A program made the translations under genes and the position numbers. A stretch of 33,778 nucleotides of DNA, taken from contig JAAZJW010000307.1 in the NCBI GenBank assembly GCA_012800145.1, forward strand, positions 1 to 33,778. Direction: 5' to 3'. Positions 18,187 to 28,793 of the stretch are shown piece after piece. The notes under the pieces were generated by a model. That model was given only the letters and a program-made list of their open reading frames with translations. It was not told the DNA's origin and ran no database searches. Each line of letters starts with the position of its first letter. Position 1 is the stretch's first letter. The DNA comes from Clostridiales bacterium. GTDB lineage: Bacteria; Bacillota; Clostridia; Peptostreptococcales; Natronincolaceae.

Positions 18187-20670
18187 TTAAACAATAGTAC
18201 ATGGGTTTATGTCTATATTACACAGTATATTCCTTGGAACATATTTACCCCTGTTATCTATTAATAAGTATTTTATAGCCTTTTTTAACAGCCTGAAAGG
18301 TACACCAACATCCTTTAATATGAGCTGATACCTATAATTATCCTTTATTTTGCTTATTATGCTCGGGTTAGGTCCTAAAATGATATCACCGAATGTCTTG
18401 TACCCCTGTGAATTTAAAATATATTTTATATGATTTGTTATTGAGTTAGCTGTATCTTCAACATCCTTTTCATCCTTGCCTGAAAAACCTAAGAAAATCA
18501 GGTTTGAAAAGGGAGGATAATGAAATTCTTTTCTGACAATCAACTCATCTTTAACAAATTCCCTGTAACCATGATTTTTTGAAAATACAATACTGTAATG
18601 GTCCGGTTCATAGGTTTGCAGGATTACCCTACCTTCCTCCCGGCCTCTTCCTGACCTGCCGGCTACCTGGGTAATTAACTGAAAGGTTCGTTCCGCTGCT
18701 CTAAAATCCGGTAAATTCAGGGTTAAATCAGCCAAAATAATACCCACAAGGGTAACATTAGGAAAATCCAGACCCTTGGAAATCATCTGGGTACCTATGA
18801 GAACATCCAACTTCTGTTTTCTGAAATCCTCAAGGATCTTGCCATGGGAACCCTTCCGACTTGTTGTATCCGTATCCATCCGTTTTACCCTTGCCTTTGG
18901 GAAATAGGTTTTAACCAAATCTTCAATTTTTTGGGTTCCGATTCCGGAATTCTCAATGCTTTCATGATCACAATTAGGACATATTGTGGATACCTTTTTT
19001 ATTTGTCCGCAGTAATGACATTTGAGCACCCCTTCAGCCTTATGAAAGGTCATTGTTATATCACAATGGTTGCACTTTTCCACATAACCGCAAACCTTGC
19101 ATGATATAAAATTCGAATATCCTCTGCGGTTCAAAAATAGAATAATCTGTTTTCCCTTTTTGAGACTTTCGTCCATGGCTTCTATCAGTTCATGACTGAG
19201 TATCCCTTTACGTCCTATCCCCAACTGTTCCGCCATATTAATCACTTTTATTTCAGGCAAACCGGCACTCACTACCCGTTCCGTTAAATTAATTAATTTT
19301 ATTTGTCCTTTTAGCGCCTTATAATAACTTTCTATGGATGGGGTAGCGGAGCCCAGCACCAATACGGCCCCTTCCGATTGTCTGCGATAGTTAGCAACAT
19401 CAACGGCATGGTATCTTGGCGATTGCTCAGATTTATACGTATGTTCATGTTCCTCATCCACAATAATTATCCCCAGGTTTTTAAGTGGCGCAAAAATAGC
19501 GGATCTGGCGCCTATGACGGTATCAACCTCATTATTTTCAATCCTTCGCCATTCATCATATCTTTCACCATCAGACAGACCGCTATGAAGCACAGCTATT
19601 CGTTCACCGAACCTTCCCATAAATCTGGCAACGGTTTGAGGTGTAAGAGAAATTTCAGGTACCAGCACAATTCCTTGTTTGCCTCTTTTTATTACCTTTT
19701 CTATGAGTTGTAAATAAATTTCCGTTTTGCCGCTACCTGTGATTCCGTGTACAAGATAAGCATCATTTATATCATTTTCTATACAACTGCTTATTTCATC
19801 TATTGCCGCTTTCTGTTCCCTACTTGGAGCAAGTCTTGGAAAAACCGCAAAATCCTTGTTAACGAAGGGATCCCTTTTAACTTCCACATCAACAAATTTT
19901 ATATACCCCTTTTTTTGTAAACTATTCAGGGTGCTTCTGCTGGTATCAGCTATATCCAATAACTCTTTGACACTGCATTTACCATATTGCTTTAATGTTT
20001 CCAAACATAATTTTTGTTTTCGTGCATTTTTTAGTGAGTTTATGGCTGTATCCCAGTTCTCCTCCTTCACAATACTATATGCATATCGCTCTGTTTTCAC
20101 ATTTATCTTACTGTCAAACTCATGCTTGATATCAATTATGTTTTTTTCCAGAAGGGTTCTGATAATGTTGTTAACCTCCCTATAATCTATATGCTGGGTC
20201 AACAAGTCTAGGTATACACTTCCCCCAAGTTTCTCCAGCACAGCAAGCACCCCTCGTAATTTTTGTTGGTTAACTGAAACTAATTTTTCCCAATCAGCAT
20301 TTAATAAAGTAATCAATTTTCTTTCTGTCTTTATCATACCCCTAGGTATCAAACAGTGTATGGCTTCTATATACTTACATAGATATTGATTTTTCATCCA
20401 AAAAATCAATTTTAACTGTTTTTCCGATAAAATAGGTTTTTCATCTATAACAGCTAATACATTTTTTAGTTTTATATTTTTATTTGAAGGTTTGTCCGTA
20501 TTGTTAAGTACATATGCTTCAAGCCTTCGGTTTCCTCTGCCAAAAGGGACAATTATCCGCATCCCCGGAGCTATTTTATTGCATAGATGAGGGGGGACCT
20601 TGTAATCAAACAGCTTATCTGTTTGATAACTGTTATTGTTTACCACAACTTGCGTTATTTTGTCTCCCAA
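18187..20670 (-). CDS. priA: Primosomal replication-restart helicase PriA
   Basis: 827 aa. 'GITGSGKTE' Walker A, 'VDEEHE', and a Cys-rich zinc module ('CKVCGY..CNHC....CHYCG...CPNC'). TTG start at 20670 lies 5 nt after GGAGGTG. Confidence 0.95.
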   Translation of the reverse strand: MGDKITQVVVNNNSYQTDKLFDYKVPPHLCNKIAPGMRIIVPFGRGNRRLEAYVLNNTDKPSNKNIKLKNVLAVIDEKPILSEKQLKLIFWMKNQYLCKYIEAIHCLIPRGMIKTERKLITLLNADWEKLVSVNQQKLRGVLAVLEKLGGSVYLDLLTQHIDYREVNNIIRTLLEKNIIDIKHEFDSKINVKTERYAYSIVKEENWDTAINSLKNARKQKLCLETLKQYGKCSVKELLDIADTSRSTLNSLQKKGYIKFVDVEVKRDPFVNKDFAVFPRLAPSREQKAAIDEISSCIENDINDAYLVHGITGSGKTEIYLQLIEKVIKRGKQGIVLVPEISLTPQTVARFMGRFGERIAVLHSGLSDGERYDEWRRIENNEVDTVIGARSAIFAPLKNLGIIIVDEEHEHTYKSEQSPRYHAVDVANYRRQSEGAVLVLGSATPSIESYYKALKGQIKLINLTERVVSAGLPEIKVINMAEQLGIGRKGILSHELIEAMDESLKKGKQIILFLNRRGYSNFISCKVCGYVEKCNHCDITMTFHKAEGVLKCHYCGQIKKVSTICPNCDHESIENSGIGTQKIEDLVKTYFPKARVKRMDTDTTSRKGSHGKILEDFRKQKLDVLIGTQMISKGLDFPNVTLVGIILADLTLNLPDFRAAERTFQLITQVAGRSGRGREEGRVILQTYEPDHYSIVFSKNHGYREFVKDELIVRKEFHYPPFSNLIFLGFSGKDEKDVEDTANSITNHIKYILNSQGYKTFGDIILGPNPSIISKIKDNYRYQLILKDVGVPFRLLKKAIKYLLIDNRGKYVPRNILCNIDINPCTIV

Positions 20671-20698
20671 CCCTTCACCTCCAATGGCCTGATTTATA

Positions 20699-21901
20699 CT
20701 AAACCCTATGTTCTGTTATCTGTTTAACTTTGTCCAAAATGAGATGCGCAATGTCCATCTTATCCGTTTTTTCTATCTTTTCTATTTTATTATTCCTGTC
20801 TATTATTGTAACAATATTTGTATCAGTTCCAAAACCGGCGCCTTCTTCAGTGATGTCATTTGCCACAATAAAGTCCAGGTTTTTTTTCAGAATTTTATTC
20901 TTTGCATTTTTAATAATGTTATCACTTTCTGCCGCAAAACCGACCAATATCCTGTTTTCTTTTAATTTTCCGAGCTCACTTAAAATATCAGGATTTCTTA
21001 CCAAGGTTAAATTTAGATTGTCCCCTCTTTTCTTTATTTTACGCGCCGATATGGTTTCGGGTCTATAGTCTGCAACAGCAGCAGATTTAATAATAACATT
21101 TTGTTCTTTAAAATTATTCATCACCATATCATACATTTCCAGAGCAGTGTTTATCTTAATTAACTTAACCCCTACAGGCGGAAGAAGATTTGTAGGCCCG
21201 CTTATAAGAATTACTTCCGCACCCCTTGCAGATGCAGCATCCGCGATAGAATATCCCATTTTGCCCGTTGAATGGTTGCTAATAAAACGAACCGGATCAA
21301 TGGACTCCCTAGTCGGTCCGGCCGTTACTAAAATTTTAATACCTACAAAATCCCTATTTGGCTTAACTGTATCTATCACAAATTCCAGAATTTTGTCTAC
21401 ATCAGCTAATTTACCCGTTCCTACATCTCCACATGCTAAACGTCCGGAAGCAGGCTCTATAAACCGGTATCCTAAAGAAATTAATTTTTTTATATTCTGC
21501 TGTACTATCCTGTTTTCATACATTTTTGTGTTCATAGCAGGTGCGAAAACAACCTTTGCCGTGGAGGCCATAATTGTGGTAGAGAGCATATCATCTGCAA
21601 TACCGTTGGCAACTTTACCAATGATATTAGCAGTTGCGGGAGCTACAAGTAAAACATGAGCTTTTTGCGCCAATGAAACATGCTCAATATTCCAATATCT
21701 CGGTGTTTCAAATGTATCTGTAATTACCGCATTCTGACTCAAGGCTTGGAATGTACCGGGCCTTATCATTTTAGTTGCAGATTCGGTCATAATAACATCC
21801 ACATTTGCATTAACTTTTTTTAACCCACTGACAATATCACATGCCTTGTATATTGCGATTCCCCCTGTTACGCCAAGTAAGACATTTATACCCTCTAACA
21901 A
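20699..21901 (-). CDS. coaBC: Bifunctional phosphopantothenoylcysteine decarboxylase / phosphopantothenate-cysteine ligase
   Basis: 'LLGVTGGIAIYKA' flavoprotein N-domain and 'PAMN'. CoaB domain 'TAGPTRESIDPVRFISNHSTGKMG' and 'AAVADY'. TTG start follows GAAGGTGA. Confidence 0.95.
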   Translation of the reverse strand: MLEGINVLLGVTGGIAIYKACDIVSGLKKVNANVDVIMTESATKMIRPGTFQALSQNAVITDTFETPRYWNIEHVSLAQKAHVLLVAPATANIIGKVANGIADDMLSTTIMASTAKVVFAPAMNTKMYENRIVQQNIKKLISLGYRFIEPASGRLACGDVGTGKLADVDKILEFVIDTVKPNRDFVGIKILVTAGPTRESIDPVRFISNHSTGKMGYSIADAASARGAEVILISGPTNLLPPVGVKLIKINTALEMYDMVMNNFKEQNVIIKSAAVADYRPETISARKIKKRGDNLNLTLVRNPDILSELGKLKENRILVGFAAESDNIIKNAKNKILKKNLDFIVANDITEEGAGFGTDTNIVTIIDRNNKIEKIEKTDKMDIAHLILDKVKQITEHRV

Positions 21902-21919
21902 GTCATCACCTTCCTATCC

Positions 21920-22117
21920 CTATTCTTCCTCCCTCTTATAGGATATGTTTCCCTCAAATATTTCTTGGGTGGCAATTGAAACCGGTTTTTTAAAACGAGA
22001 TTCTGTTTCTAATTTGCCTTCGTTTATTATCTGTCTCGCCCTTTTTGCCGCAACTACGACCAAGGTATACCTGCTGTCTACCCTTTCTAACAATTCATTA
22101 ATTGATGGATATAGCAT
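21920..22117 (-). CDS. rpoZ: DNA-directed RNA polymerase subunit omega
   Basis: 65 aa with '[16 protein letters not shown]'. Lies between gmk and coaBC, as in Bacillus. Confidence 0.9.
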   Translation of the reverse strand: MLYPSINELLERVDSRYTLVVVAAKRARQIINEGKLETESRFKKPVSIATQEIFEGNISYKREEE

Positions 22118-22131
22118 CTTATCATCCCCTG

Positions 22132-22734
22132 TTAAAATCTTAATAATATTTCTTCATAATTTCTTAAAACCTTACGTTTTTCTGCTCTCATAATGGCTTC
22201 AATATCCTGCACAGCTTCGGACACATTATCATTAACGATAACATAATCATATTTCATTACCTGTTTGATTTCAGAAATAGCGGCATCATAACGCTTTTCA
22301 ATATCAGACAGCTTTTCTGTTCCCCTGCCTACTATTCTGTTTTTTAATTCCTCCAATGAGGGGGGTAGAATGAAAACAAACACCGCGTCCTTGAATTTTT
22401 TTTTGATTTGTAAAGCTCCTACAATATCTATTTCTAATAAAACATCATTACCATTTTGCAAATTGTCTATAACATACTGTTCAGGTGTACCATAATAGTT
22501 ATCATATACGATTGCATATTCCAAAAATTTTTGTTCATATATCATACGTTTGAATTTATCTTCGGAAATAAAATAGTAATTTACAGCATTTCTTTCCCCA
22601 GCCCTTGGTTTTCGGGTAGTAGCCGATATAGAAATCTTCATTTGGGGATTGTTTTCGAGTAGCCTTTTACAAATTGTTCCTTTTCCTGCTCCGGACGGTC
22701 CTGATACAACAATTAGCAAACCTTTCCTGACCAT
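22132..22734 (-). CDS. gmk: Guanylate kinase
   Basis: '[10 protein letters not shown]' P-loop, 'TTRKPRAGE' and 'YYGTP' motifs; 200 aa. Confidence 0.95.
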   Translation of the reverse strand: MVRKGLLIVVSGPSGAGKGTICKRLLENNPQMKISISATTRKPRAGERNAVNYYFISEDKFKRMIYEQKFLEYAIVYDNYYGTPEQYVIDNLQNGNDVLLEIDIVGALQIKKKFKDAVFVFILPPSLEELKNRIVGRGTEKLSDIEKRYDAAISEIKQVMKYDYVIVNDNVSEAVQDIEAIMRAEKRKVLRNYEEILLRF

Positions 22735-22767
22735 GTCTTTCTCCTTTTCCTGTTTTATGTTGTTGTC

Positions 22768-23040
22768 CTAGATAGTATTTTCTGTTTCCTTCGAATTATC
22801 TTTAGATTCCAGCCTGTACGCCACAGTTTCAGGTTGAACGGCGGAAAGAATAATATGATCACTGTCAGTTACAATCACCGCTCTTGTTCTCCTTCCATAA
22901 GTAGCATCTATTAACATAGACCTATCCCTAGCTTCTTGAACAACTCTCTTTATAGGAGCCGATTCCGGGCTCACAATGGCTACAATCCTACCCGCAGATA
23001 CTATATTACCAAAACCTATGTTAATTAACCTTATATCCAT
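22768..23040 (-). CDS. remA: Extracellular matrix/biofilm regulator RemA (YlzA, DUF370)
   Basis: 'LINIGFGN', 'SPESAPIKR' and '[11 protein letters not shown]' motifs. ATG at 23040 follows GGGGTGG and lies downstream of the yicC stop. The ORF-track start at 23061 overlaps yicC. Confidence 0.9.
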   Translation of the reverse strand: MDIRLINIGFGNIVSAGRIVAIVSPESAPIKRVVQEARDRSMLIDATYGRRTRAVIVTDSDHIILSAVQPETVAYRLESKDNSKETENTI

Positions 23041-23053
23041 TAATACCACCCCT

Positions 23054-23935
23054 TTATTCAATATTTTGGACCTGCTCCCTCATTTTTTCAAGTTCGCTTT
23101 TTATTTCAATAACCAAATTAGCTATATTCAAATCGTTTGCCTTGGAGCCAATTGTGTTGATTTCTCTGTTCATCTCCTGAAGAAGGAAATCCAGTTTTCT
23201 TCCGACAGCATCCTCTTCTCCCAAAATTTTGGCGAATTGTCTTATATGGCTGTATAGCCTTACTATTTCCTCCGTTGTATTGCTCTTATCGGCAAACAAT
23301 GCCGCTTCCATCGCTATACGAGTATCATCTAAATCAAACTGCTCATCCAATAATTCGTTGATCCTGTCTGCTAACTTTTGCCTATACTCTTGTACAACTA
23401 TAGGACCTCTGGCTTCTATCAATGTAAGCAAATCGTTAATCTTATCTAAACGTTTCAACATATCCGCTTTTAATTTGTTTCCTTCTTCTTTTCTCATCCC
23501 CACCAATTCAGTTAGGGCATCTTCAAGTGCATTTTGTAAACACTTCCAAATTTCTTTTTCGTTTTCTTCTTTTTTCTCCGTTTTTATTACATCCGGGAAA
23601 CCTGCTATGAGGGATGTGGTAATATCACGTTGTACCGGCAAATCCTCCTCCAGTTTTAACAATGAATCCAGGTATGCCCTGGCCAAGGACATGTCTATTA
23701 CCACTTTAACATCTCCACCATTGACATTTTCATAATTAATGTAAACCTCTATGCGTCCCCTTTGTAGGTGTGATTTTATGAGACTCCTTATATCTTCCTC
23801 CAAGTAAGTGAACATTCTGGGTAGCCTTATATTAATATCCATATATCTATGATTAACAGATTTTAGTTCTACCTGAAAATATTTATCTCCAACCCGGGAA
23901 TCGCCCTTGCCAAAGCCGGTCATACTTTTTATCAT
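23054..23935 (-). CDS. yicC: YicC/YloC-family endoribonuclease
   Basis: 'MIKSMTGFG', 'SVNHRY' and C-terminal '[15 protein letters not shown]' (DUF1732) motifs. ATG at 23935 follows a GGGGGAAGGG SD-like run. Confidence 0.9.
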   Translation of the reverse strand: MIKSMTGFGKGDSRVGDKYFQVELKSVNHRYMDINIRLPRMFTYLEEDIRSLIKSHLQRGRIEVYINYENVNGGDVKVVIDMSLARAYLDSLLKLEEDLPVQRDITTSLIAGFPDVIKTEKKEENEKEIWKCLQNALEDALTELVGMRKEEGNKLKADMLKRLDKINDLLTLIEARGPIVVQEYRQKLADRINELLDEQFDLDDTRIAMEAALFADKSNTTEEIVRLYSHIRQFAKILGEEDAVGRKLDFLLQEMNREINTIGSKANDLNIANLVIEIKSELEKMREQVQNIE

Positions 23936-23967
23936 AGCCCTTCCCCCCATTTATGTTTCCTTTTATT

Positions 23968-23996
23968 ATTCTATAGTTACATACCCATAATTACAA
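23968..23996 (-). promoter_or_regulatory. Putative sigma-A promoter of the yicC-remA-gmk-rpoZ-coaBC-priA-def-fmt string
   Basis: Minus strand: TTGTAA (23991-23996), 17-nt spacer, TAGAAT (23968-23973), about 33 nt upstream of the yicC ATG. Confidence 0.45.
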
Positions 23997-24230
23997 GTAG
24001 TTTTCATATTTCCGGCCAATATAATTCAATCTAAACTTCATGAATTTGTTAATATCTAAATTAACGAATTTATCACATAGAGCAACAACACATAAGCAGT
24101 TTTTAATTGTTAGACTCGTATAAAATTTCAAAGGCAAACTGTCTAGTGATAGATTAAATATTTTTAAATATGACAAAGCTCCATATATATTATGATTATG
24201 TTTTTTTAGTATTATTTGTATAATCCTATT

Positions 24231-24259
24231 TTGCATACTTTACTAAATTGTGCTATTAT
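24231..24259 (+). promoter_or_regulatory. Putative sigma-A promoter of rqcH (extended -10)
   Basis: TTGCAT (24231-24236), 17-nt spacer ending in TGC, TATTAT (24254-24259), about 30 nt upstream of the rqcH ATG. Confidence 0.5.
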
Positions 24260-24290
24260 GATTAAGAATTAGACAGGAGGTGAAAGCCCG

Positions 24291-26069
24291 ATGGCACTGG
24301 ATGGAAGCGTTATAGCTGCCTTAACCTATGAATTGAGGTCCCAATTATACACCGGAAGAATAGATAGAATTTACCAACCGGAGACTGATGAAATAGTTCT
24401 TACAGTGAGAAACAATGGACAAAACCATAAGGTTTTACTATCTGCAAGTAGTAACCACCCTAAAATCCATTTTACTAAACTTGATAAGAAAAATCCAATG
24501 AATCCGCCCAATTTTTGTATGGTTCTTAGAAAGCACCTACTTGGAGGCAGAATTATAGATATCGTACAGCCCCAATTTGAAAGAATGGTTGAATTGGTTA
24601 TAGAGACTCTAGATGAACTTAATGTGTCGGGAACCAAAAAACTTATAATAGAAATGATGGGCAGACATAGTAATATAATTTTGACAGACTGTACGGACAA
24701 CAAAATAATAGACAGCATAAAACATATTCCCTCTTCTGTCAGCAGATACAGACAAGTCCTCCCAGGAATCGAATATGCTATGCCCCCTTCACAAAACAAG
24801 ATTAATCCTTTGAAAATCGATACCGAAGATGATTTCATTTCAACCGTTCAAAATAAGGGCAAACGCATTTCCATATATGAGGCCATATATACAAGCTTTA
24901 CAGGTATTTCCCCTCTTCTTTCAAGGGAAACTTGTTATAGATCTTCAGTAGATGAAGATCTAATACTGTCCAGCCTGGATAATCGAACTATTCATAACAT
25001 TTGTGAAAATTTTTTATATATAATTAATAAAATAAAGGCAAATAACTTTATCCCAACCATTTACTACGATAATACAACCGAAAAATATGTTGATTTTAGT
25101 TGTATCGGTATCAGCCATCTCGATTATTATGAAAAACATTTGTTCAAATCCACAAGCGAAATGCTGGAAACCTTTTATTTTAAAAGAGATTCCAGGGAAC
25201 GAATGAAACAAAGGACTAACGATCTGCGTAAAAATATACGTACAAAACTGAACAGAATGTACAATAAGCTGAATAATCTGGACCTGGATTTGAAAAAGGG
25301 GAGAAATGCCGAAAAATACAGGCTTTATGGAGACCTAATCACTGCCAATATCTACCAGATTCAAGACAATCCAGACGAAATTGAACTCGTCAATTTTTAT
25401 GATGAAAAATATAGCACAGTTTTGATCCCATTAGACAGAAGGTTAACTCCCGCCCAAAACGCGCAAAAATATTTTAAAATGTACAGCAAAGCCAAAACCG
25501 CAACTCGTAAAGTTAACAATCAAATAAAAAAAACCAAACAGGAAATTGATTATTTGGAACAAATTATAGTAAGTATCGAACAATGCACCTGTATATCGGA
25601 TATCGAGGAAATACGTGCAGAACTCGAAGAAAACGGAATCCTAAAACGCAAGATTACCAAAAGAGGTTCCACCCCCAATAAAAGGCCGAATTATCTCAAA
25701 TATATATCATCGGAAGGATTTGAAATACTTGTAGGTAAAAACAACAAACAAAATGAACATATCACCTTCAAAATATCTTCTAAAGAAGACATTTGGTTCC
25801 ATGTTAAGGATATGCCCGGCTCCCATGTGGTGTTGAGACAAGAAAACAGGATACCCGGGGACCTGTCCGTGCTGGAGGCAGCAACATTGGCAGCCTATTA
25901 CAGTAAGGCCAGAAACTCCGCAAAGGTGGCAGTAGACTATACCCAAAGGAAGAACGTTAAAAGACAGCGCGGTGCAAAACCCGGCATGGTGACCTATGAT
26001 AATTATTCCACCATATTGGTCGATAGTGATGAAAAAACGGCGTTTAGGGGTGTCAGTGCCGGGGAATAA
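24291..26069 (+). CDS. rqcH: Ribosome quality-control factor RqcH (NFACT/FbpA family, YloA)
   Basis: 'MALDG' N-terminus and 'GRHSNIIL' (NFACT-N). Central coiled coil. C-terminal 'DIWFHVKDMPGSHVVL' (NFACT-R). AGGAGG at 24275-24280. Confidence 0.9.
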   Translation: MALDGSVIAALTYELRSQLYTGRIDRIYQPETDEIVLTVRNNGQNHKVLLSASSNHPKIHFTKLDKKNPMNPPNFCMVLRKHLLGGRIIDIVQPQFERMVELVIETLDELNVSGTKKLIIEMMGRHSNIILTDCTDNKIIDSIKHIPSSVSRYRQVLPGIEYAMPPSQNKINPLKIDTEDDFISTVQNKGKRISIYEAIYTSFTGISPLLSRETCYRSSVDEDLILSSLDNRTIHNICENFLYIINKIKANNFIPTIYYDNTTEKYVDFSCIGISHLDYYEKHLFKSTSEMLETFYFKRDSRERMKQRTNDLRKNIRTKLNRMYNKLNNLDLDLKKGRNAEKYRLYGDLITANIYQIQDNPDEIELVNFYDEKYSTVLIPLDRRLTPAQNAQKYFKMYSKAKTATRKVNNQIKKTKQEIDYLEQIIVSIEQCTCISDIEEIRAELEENGILKRKITKRGSTPNKRPNYLKYISSEGFEILVGKNNKQNEHITFKISSKEDIWFHVKDMPGSHVVLRQENRIPGDLSVLEAATLAAYYSKARNSAKVAVDYTQRKNVKRQRGAKPGMVTYDNYSTILVDSDEKTAFRGVSAGE

Positions 26070-26079
26070 TCGGACATGG

Positions 26080-26634
<555 letters not shown>

Positions 26635-26637
26635 TTA

Positions 26638-27564
26638 TTACTCCCTGAAATAACTGTTTTCTAACACTCTTAATAATTTGTTAAAATACCCGGGTAAATC
26701 TGAAGTGAATTCCATATATTTTTTTTTTGTAGGATGAGTAAAACCCAAGGTTTTAGCATGTAGAACCTGACCTTTTAGTCTGAATTTTGAATTTCTATAC
26801 CCATACATAGGGTCCCCTAGAACGGGTTTCCCAATATAAGAAAAATGCACCCTAATTTGGTGGGTCCTTCCTGTTTCCAGTGTAGCTTCAATATACGTAT
26901 AATCCTTGAACCTGTTCAGCACCCTAAAATGGGTAACGGCTTGTTTGCCCCCACCTATAACCGTCCTTTTAAGCCTATTCATAGGATCCCTTCCAATAGG
27001 TGCATCTATGGTTGCACTTGTTTCCTTTATAACACCGGAAACAATAGCATGGTATTTCCTATTAGCCGTATGTTGCCTGAATTGTTCCGCCAGTATCTTA
27101 TGGGAACCATTGTTTTTGGCTACTACCAGCAGTCCCGAGGTATCCCTATCTATACGATGGACAATCCCGGGCCGCATTGCACCATTAATATCAGACAGTT
27201 CGGAGCCATAACGATACAACAACCCGTTAACCATAGTACCGGAAAAAGTATCGGAGGTTGGGTGTACCACCATACCTTGTTGTTTGTTAACAACAGCTAT
27301 ATCGTCATCCTCATATATAACATTAATTTGAATATTTTCCGGTTTTACTGATGGTTTCTCAATCTTTGGCAAATCAATTTCTATCTTATCCCCGAATTTA
27401 ATAATATAACTTGGTTTTTCAAACCTGTTGTTAACCTTTATATGGTTTTCTTTTATAAGTTTTTGTATATAACTGCGGCTCAATTCTTTATACTGTTTTA
27501 CTAAATAGCTATCTAACCGATTATCGCTTTCTTCTTCTGTTACCATCAGGCTTTTTCTGTTCAA
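26638..27564 (-). CDS. rluD: 23S rRNA pseudouridine synthase RluD family
   Basis: N-terminal S4-like segment ('RLDSYL'). 'HRIDRDTSGLLVVAK' catalytic Asp motif and 'GRTHQIRVH'. TTG start at 27564 lies 6 nt after GGGGGGAGG. Confidence 0.9.
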   Translation of the reverse strand: MNRKSLMVTEEESDNRLDSYLVKQYKELSRSYIQKLIKENHIKVNNRFEKPSYIIKFGDKIEIDLPKIEKPSVKPENIQINVIYEDDDIAVVNKQQGMVVHPTSDTFSGTMVNGLLYRYGSELSDINGAMRPGIVHRIDRDTSGLLVVAKNNGSHKILAEQFRQHTANRKYHAIVSGVIKETSATIDAPIGRDPMNRLKRTVIGGGKQAVTHFRVLNRFKDYTYIEATLETGRTHQIRVHFSYIGKPVLGDPMYGYRNSKFRLKGQVLHAKTLGFTHPTKKKYMEFTSDLPGYFNKLLRVLENSYFRE

Positions 27565-27587
27565 ATATTTCCTCCCCCCGGACCGAG

Positions 27588-28013
27588 CTATCCATGTCTT
27601 AATATAAAAATACTGATTAAAAATATGCCAATAACAATAGCAGAGTCAGCTATATTAAATACCGGAAAATTTATAATATGTAAATAATCGACAACAAAAC
27701 CCAATCTAATCCGATCTATCAGGTTTCCGATAATACCGCCTGCCACCAGATTCAATCCATAAATCATAGTTTTATTTAATTCATTACTATGTGCATAGAA
27801 CCATATAAAACCCAACACAAGCAAAGCAAAAATAATAAAAAATAATTTCTGATTTTGCAGGATGCCAAAGGCGGCGCCACGATTTTCAACATAGGTCAAA
27901 TGAAATATGTTTTTAATAATGGGAATATTGCCAACCAACGCCAAATATTTCAACGCTAAAGCCTTGCTCAATTGGTCTAATACTAACACAATAATTACAA
28001 AGATATAATTCAT
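27588..28013 (-). CDS. lspA: Lipoprotein signal peptidase II
   Basis: Four hydrophobic segments. 'ENRGAAFG' and 'FNIADSAI' catalytic Asp motifs. Confidence 0.9.
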   Translation of the reverse strand: MNYIFVIIVLVLDQLSKALALKYLALVGNIPIIKNIFHLTYVENRGAAFGILQNQKLFFIIFALLVLGFIWFYAHSNELNKTMIYGLNLVAGGIIGNLIDRIRLGFVVDYLHIINFPVFNIADSAIVIGIFLISIFILRHG

Positions 28014-28044
28014 ATATTTTCCCCGCCTTTTCTTCTAATAAATG

Positions 28045-28053
28045 ATTATACCA
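28045..28053 (-). promoter_or_regulatory. Putative extended -10 promoter element for lspA-rluD-pyrR
   Basis: Minus strand TGGTATAAT, located between the yteA-like terminator and the lspA ATG. I see no good -35. Confidence 0.35.
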
Positions 28054-28056
28054 TTG

Positions 28057-28086
28057 TTAAAAGAAAAAAGATACATACGTATCTTT
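28057..28086 (-). terminator. Rho-independent terminator after the yteA-like gene
   Basis: Minus strand AAAGATAC-GTAT-GTATCTTT, a perfect 8-bp stem, followed by TTTCTTTT. It begins directly after the stop at 28088-28090. Confidence 0.7.
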
Positions 28087-28087
28087 C

Positions 28088-28783
28088 TTACCGTTCCATT
28101 TCCTCATCTTCTTCATCTTCCTGCTCTTTTGAATCCATCATCCCATCTCCTGTATAGGATATCTGGGATTCGTAATAATCTCCTGTTACATTTTCAACAT
28201 CTTCAACGGTTCCTATATTGTAATCATCAAATATACCCAAATGATCCCCGGTGAGATGCGAGGGATCATCTTTTACCTCATTAAACCTTGCAACGGCCTG
28301 GTATGTATCCTCCCCGTCAAACCCCGTATAACCATCATAGTCCCTGTAGCCTTTTCTATACCAGAGGGAAGTCACGTCCTCCTCTGCAGGTCTGTCTGTA
28401 TCCAATTTATATGCCTCCAGCTTACTTTTTGCACACTCTATACAGATGTTAGCCTCAGGCATCAATTCCAGTCTCTCCTCCGACACATCAGCTCCACAAA
28501 TTTGGCAGCTGCCATAGGTACCATTTTCAATCTTCTCAAGAGCTCTGTCTATTTCCGTAATTCTGTAACGTTGGTGATTTTCCAGGTTTGCTTGCATTGC
28601 CGCCATAGACAGTTCCGTGCCGATATCCGCGGGGTGGTTATCATAAAAAGAAAGTTCCTGTATATATTCTTTCATAGACTCTTTAGTAGGGTGACGTTCT
28701 TCCATTGTCCTGAGGATGTTCATAGCATCTTCCTTTTCCTTTAATAACTTTTCTTTATAATGTTCTATTTTGTCTTTGTCCAA
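28088..28783 (-). CDS. DksA/TraR C4 zinc-finger protein, YteA/YlyA family (sporulation-associated RNAP-binding family)
   Basis: N-terminal coiled coil, 'FYDNHPADIGTE', and a C4 finger 'CQICGADVSEERLELMPEANICIEC'. Long acidic/aromatic C-terminal extension ending 'EQEDEEDEEMER'. I place the start at TTG 28783, 6 nt after AGGAGG (28790-28795). The hydrophobic ORF-track N-terminus overlaps the upstream gene. Confidence 0.8.
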   Translation of the reverse strand: MDKDKIEHYKEKLLKEKEDAMNILRTMEERHPTKESMKEYIQELSFYDNHPADIGTELSMAAMQANLENHQRYRITEIDRALEKIENGTYGSCQICGADVSEERLELMPEANICIECAKSKLEAYKLDTDRPAEEDVTSLWYRKGYRDYDGYTGFDGEDTYQAVARFNEVKDDPSHLTGDHLGIFDDYNIGTVEDVENVTGDYYESQISYTGDGMMDSKEQEDEEDEEMER

Positions 28784-28793
28784 CAAGACCCTC

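Noticed and set aside
21147-21659. 170-aa plus-strand ORF antisense to coaBC
   Set aside because: It lies entirely inside a motif-confirmed gene on the opposite strand. It has no SD, and its Ser/Ile/Thr/Pro-rich low-information sequence is typical of antisense frames.
23229-23735. 168-aa plus-strand ORF antisense to yicC
   Set aside because: Same reasoning. The sequence is extremely Ser-rich, has no SD, and is embedded in a well-supported minus-strand CDS.
26845-27351. 168-aa and 101-aa plus-strand ORFs antisense to rluD
   Set aside because: Both are shadow frames of rluD. I see no ribosome-binding site or recognisable motifs.
28241-28744. 167-aa plus-strand ORF antisense to the yteA-like gene
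   Set aside because: Shadow ORF opposite a CDS with a clear C4 zinc finger. There is no SD and the composition looks implausible.
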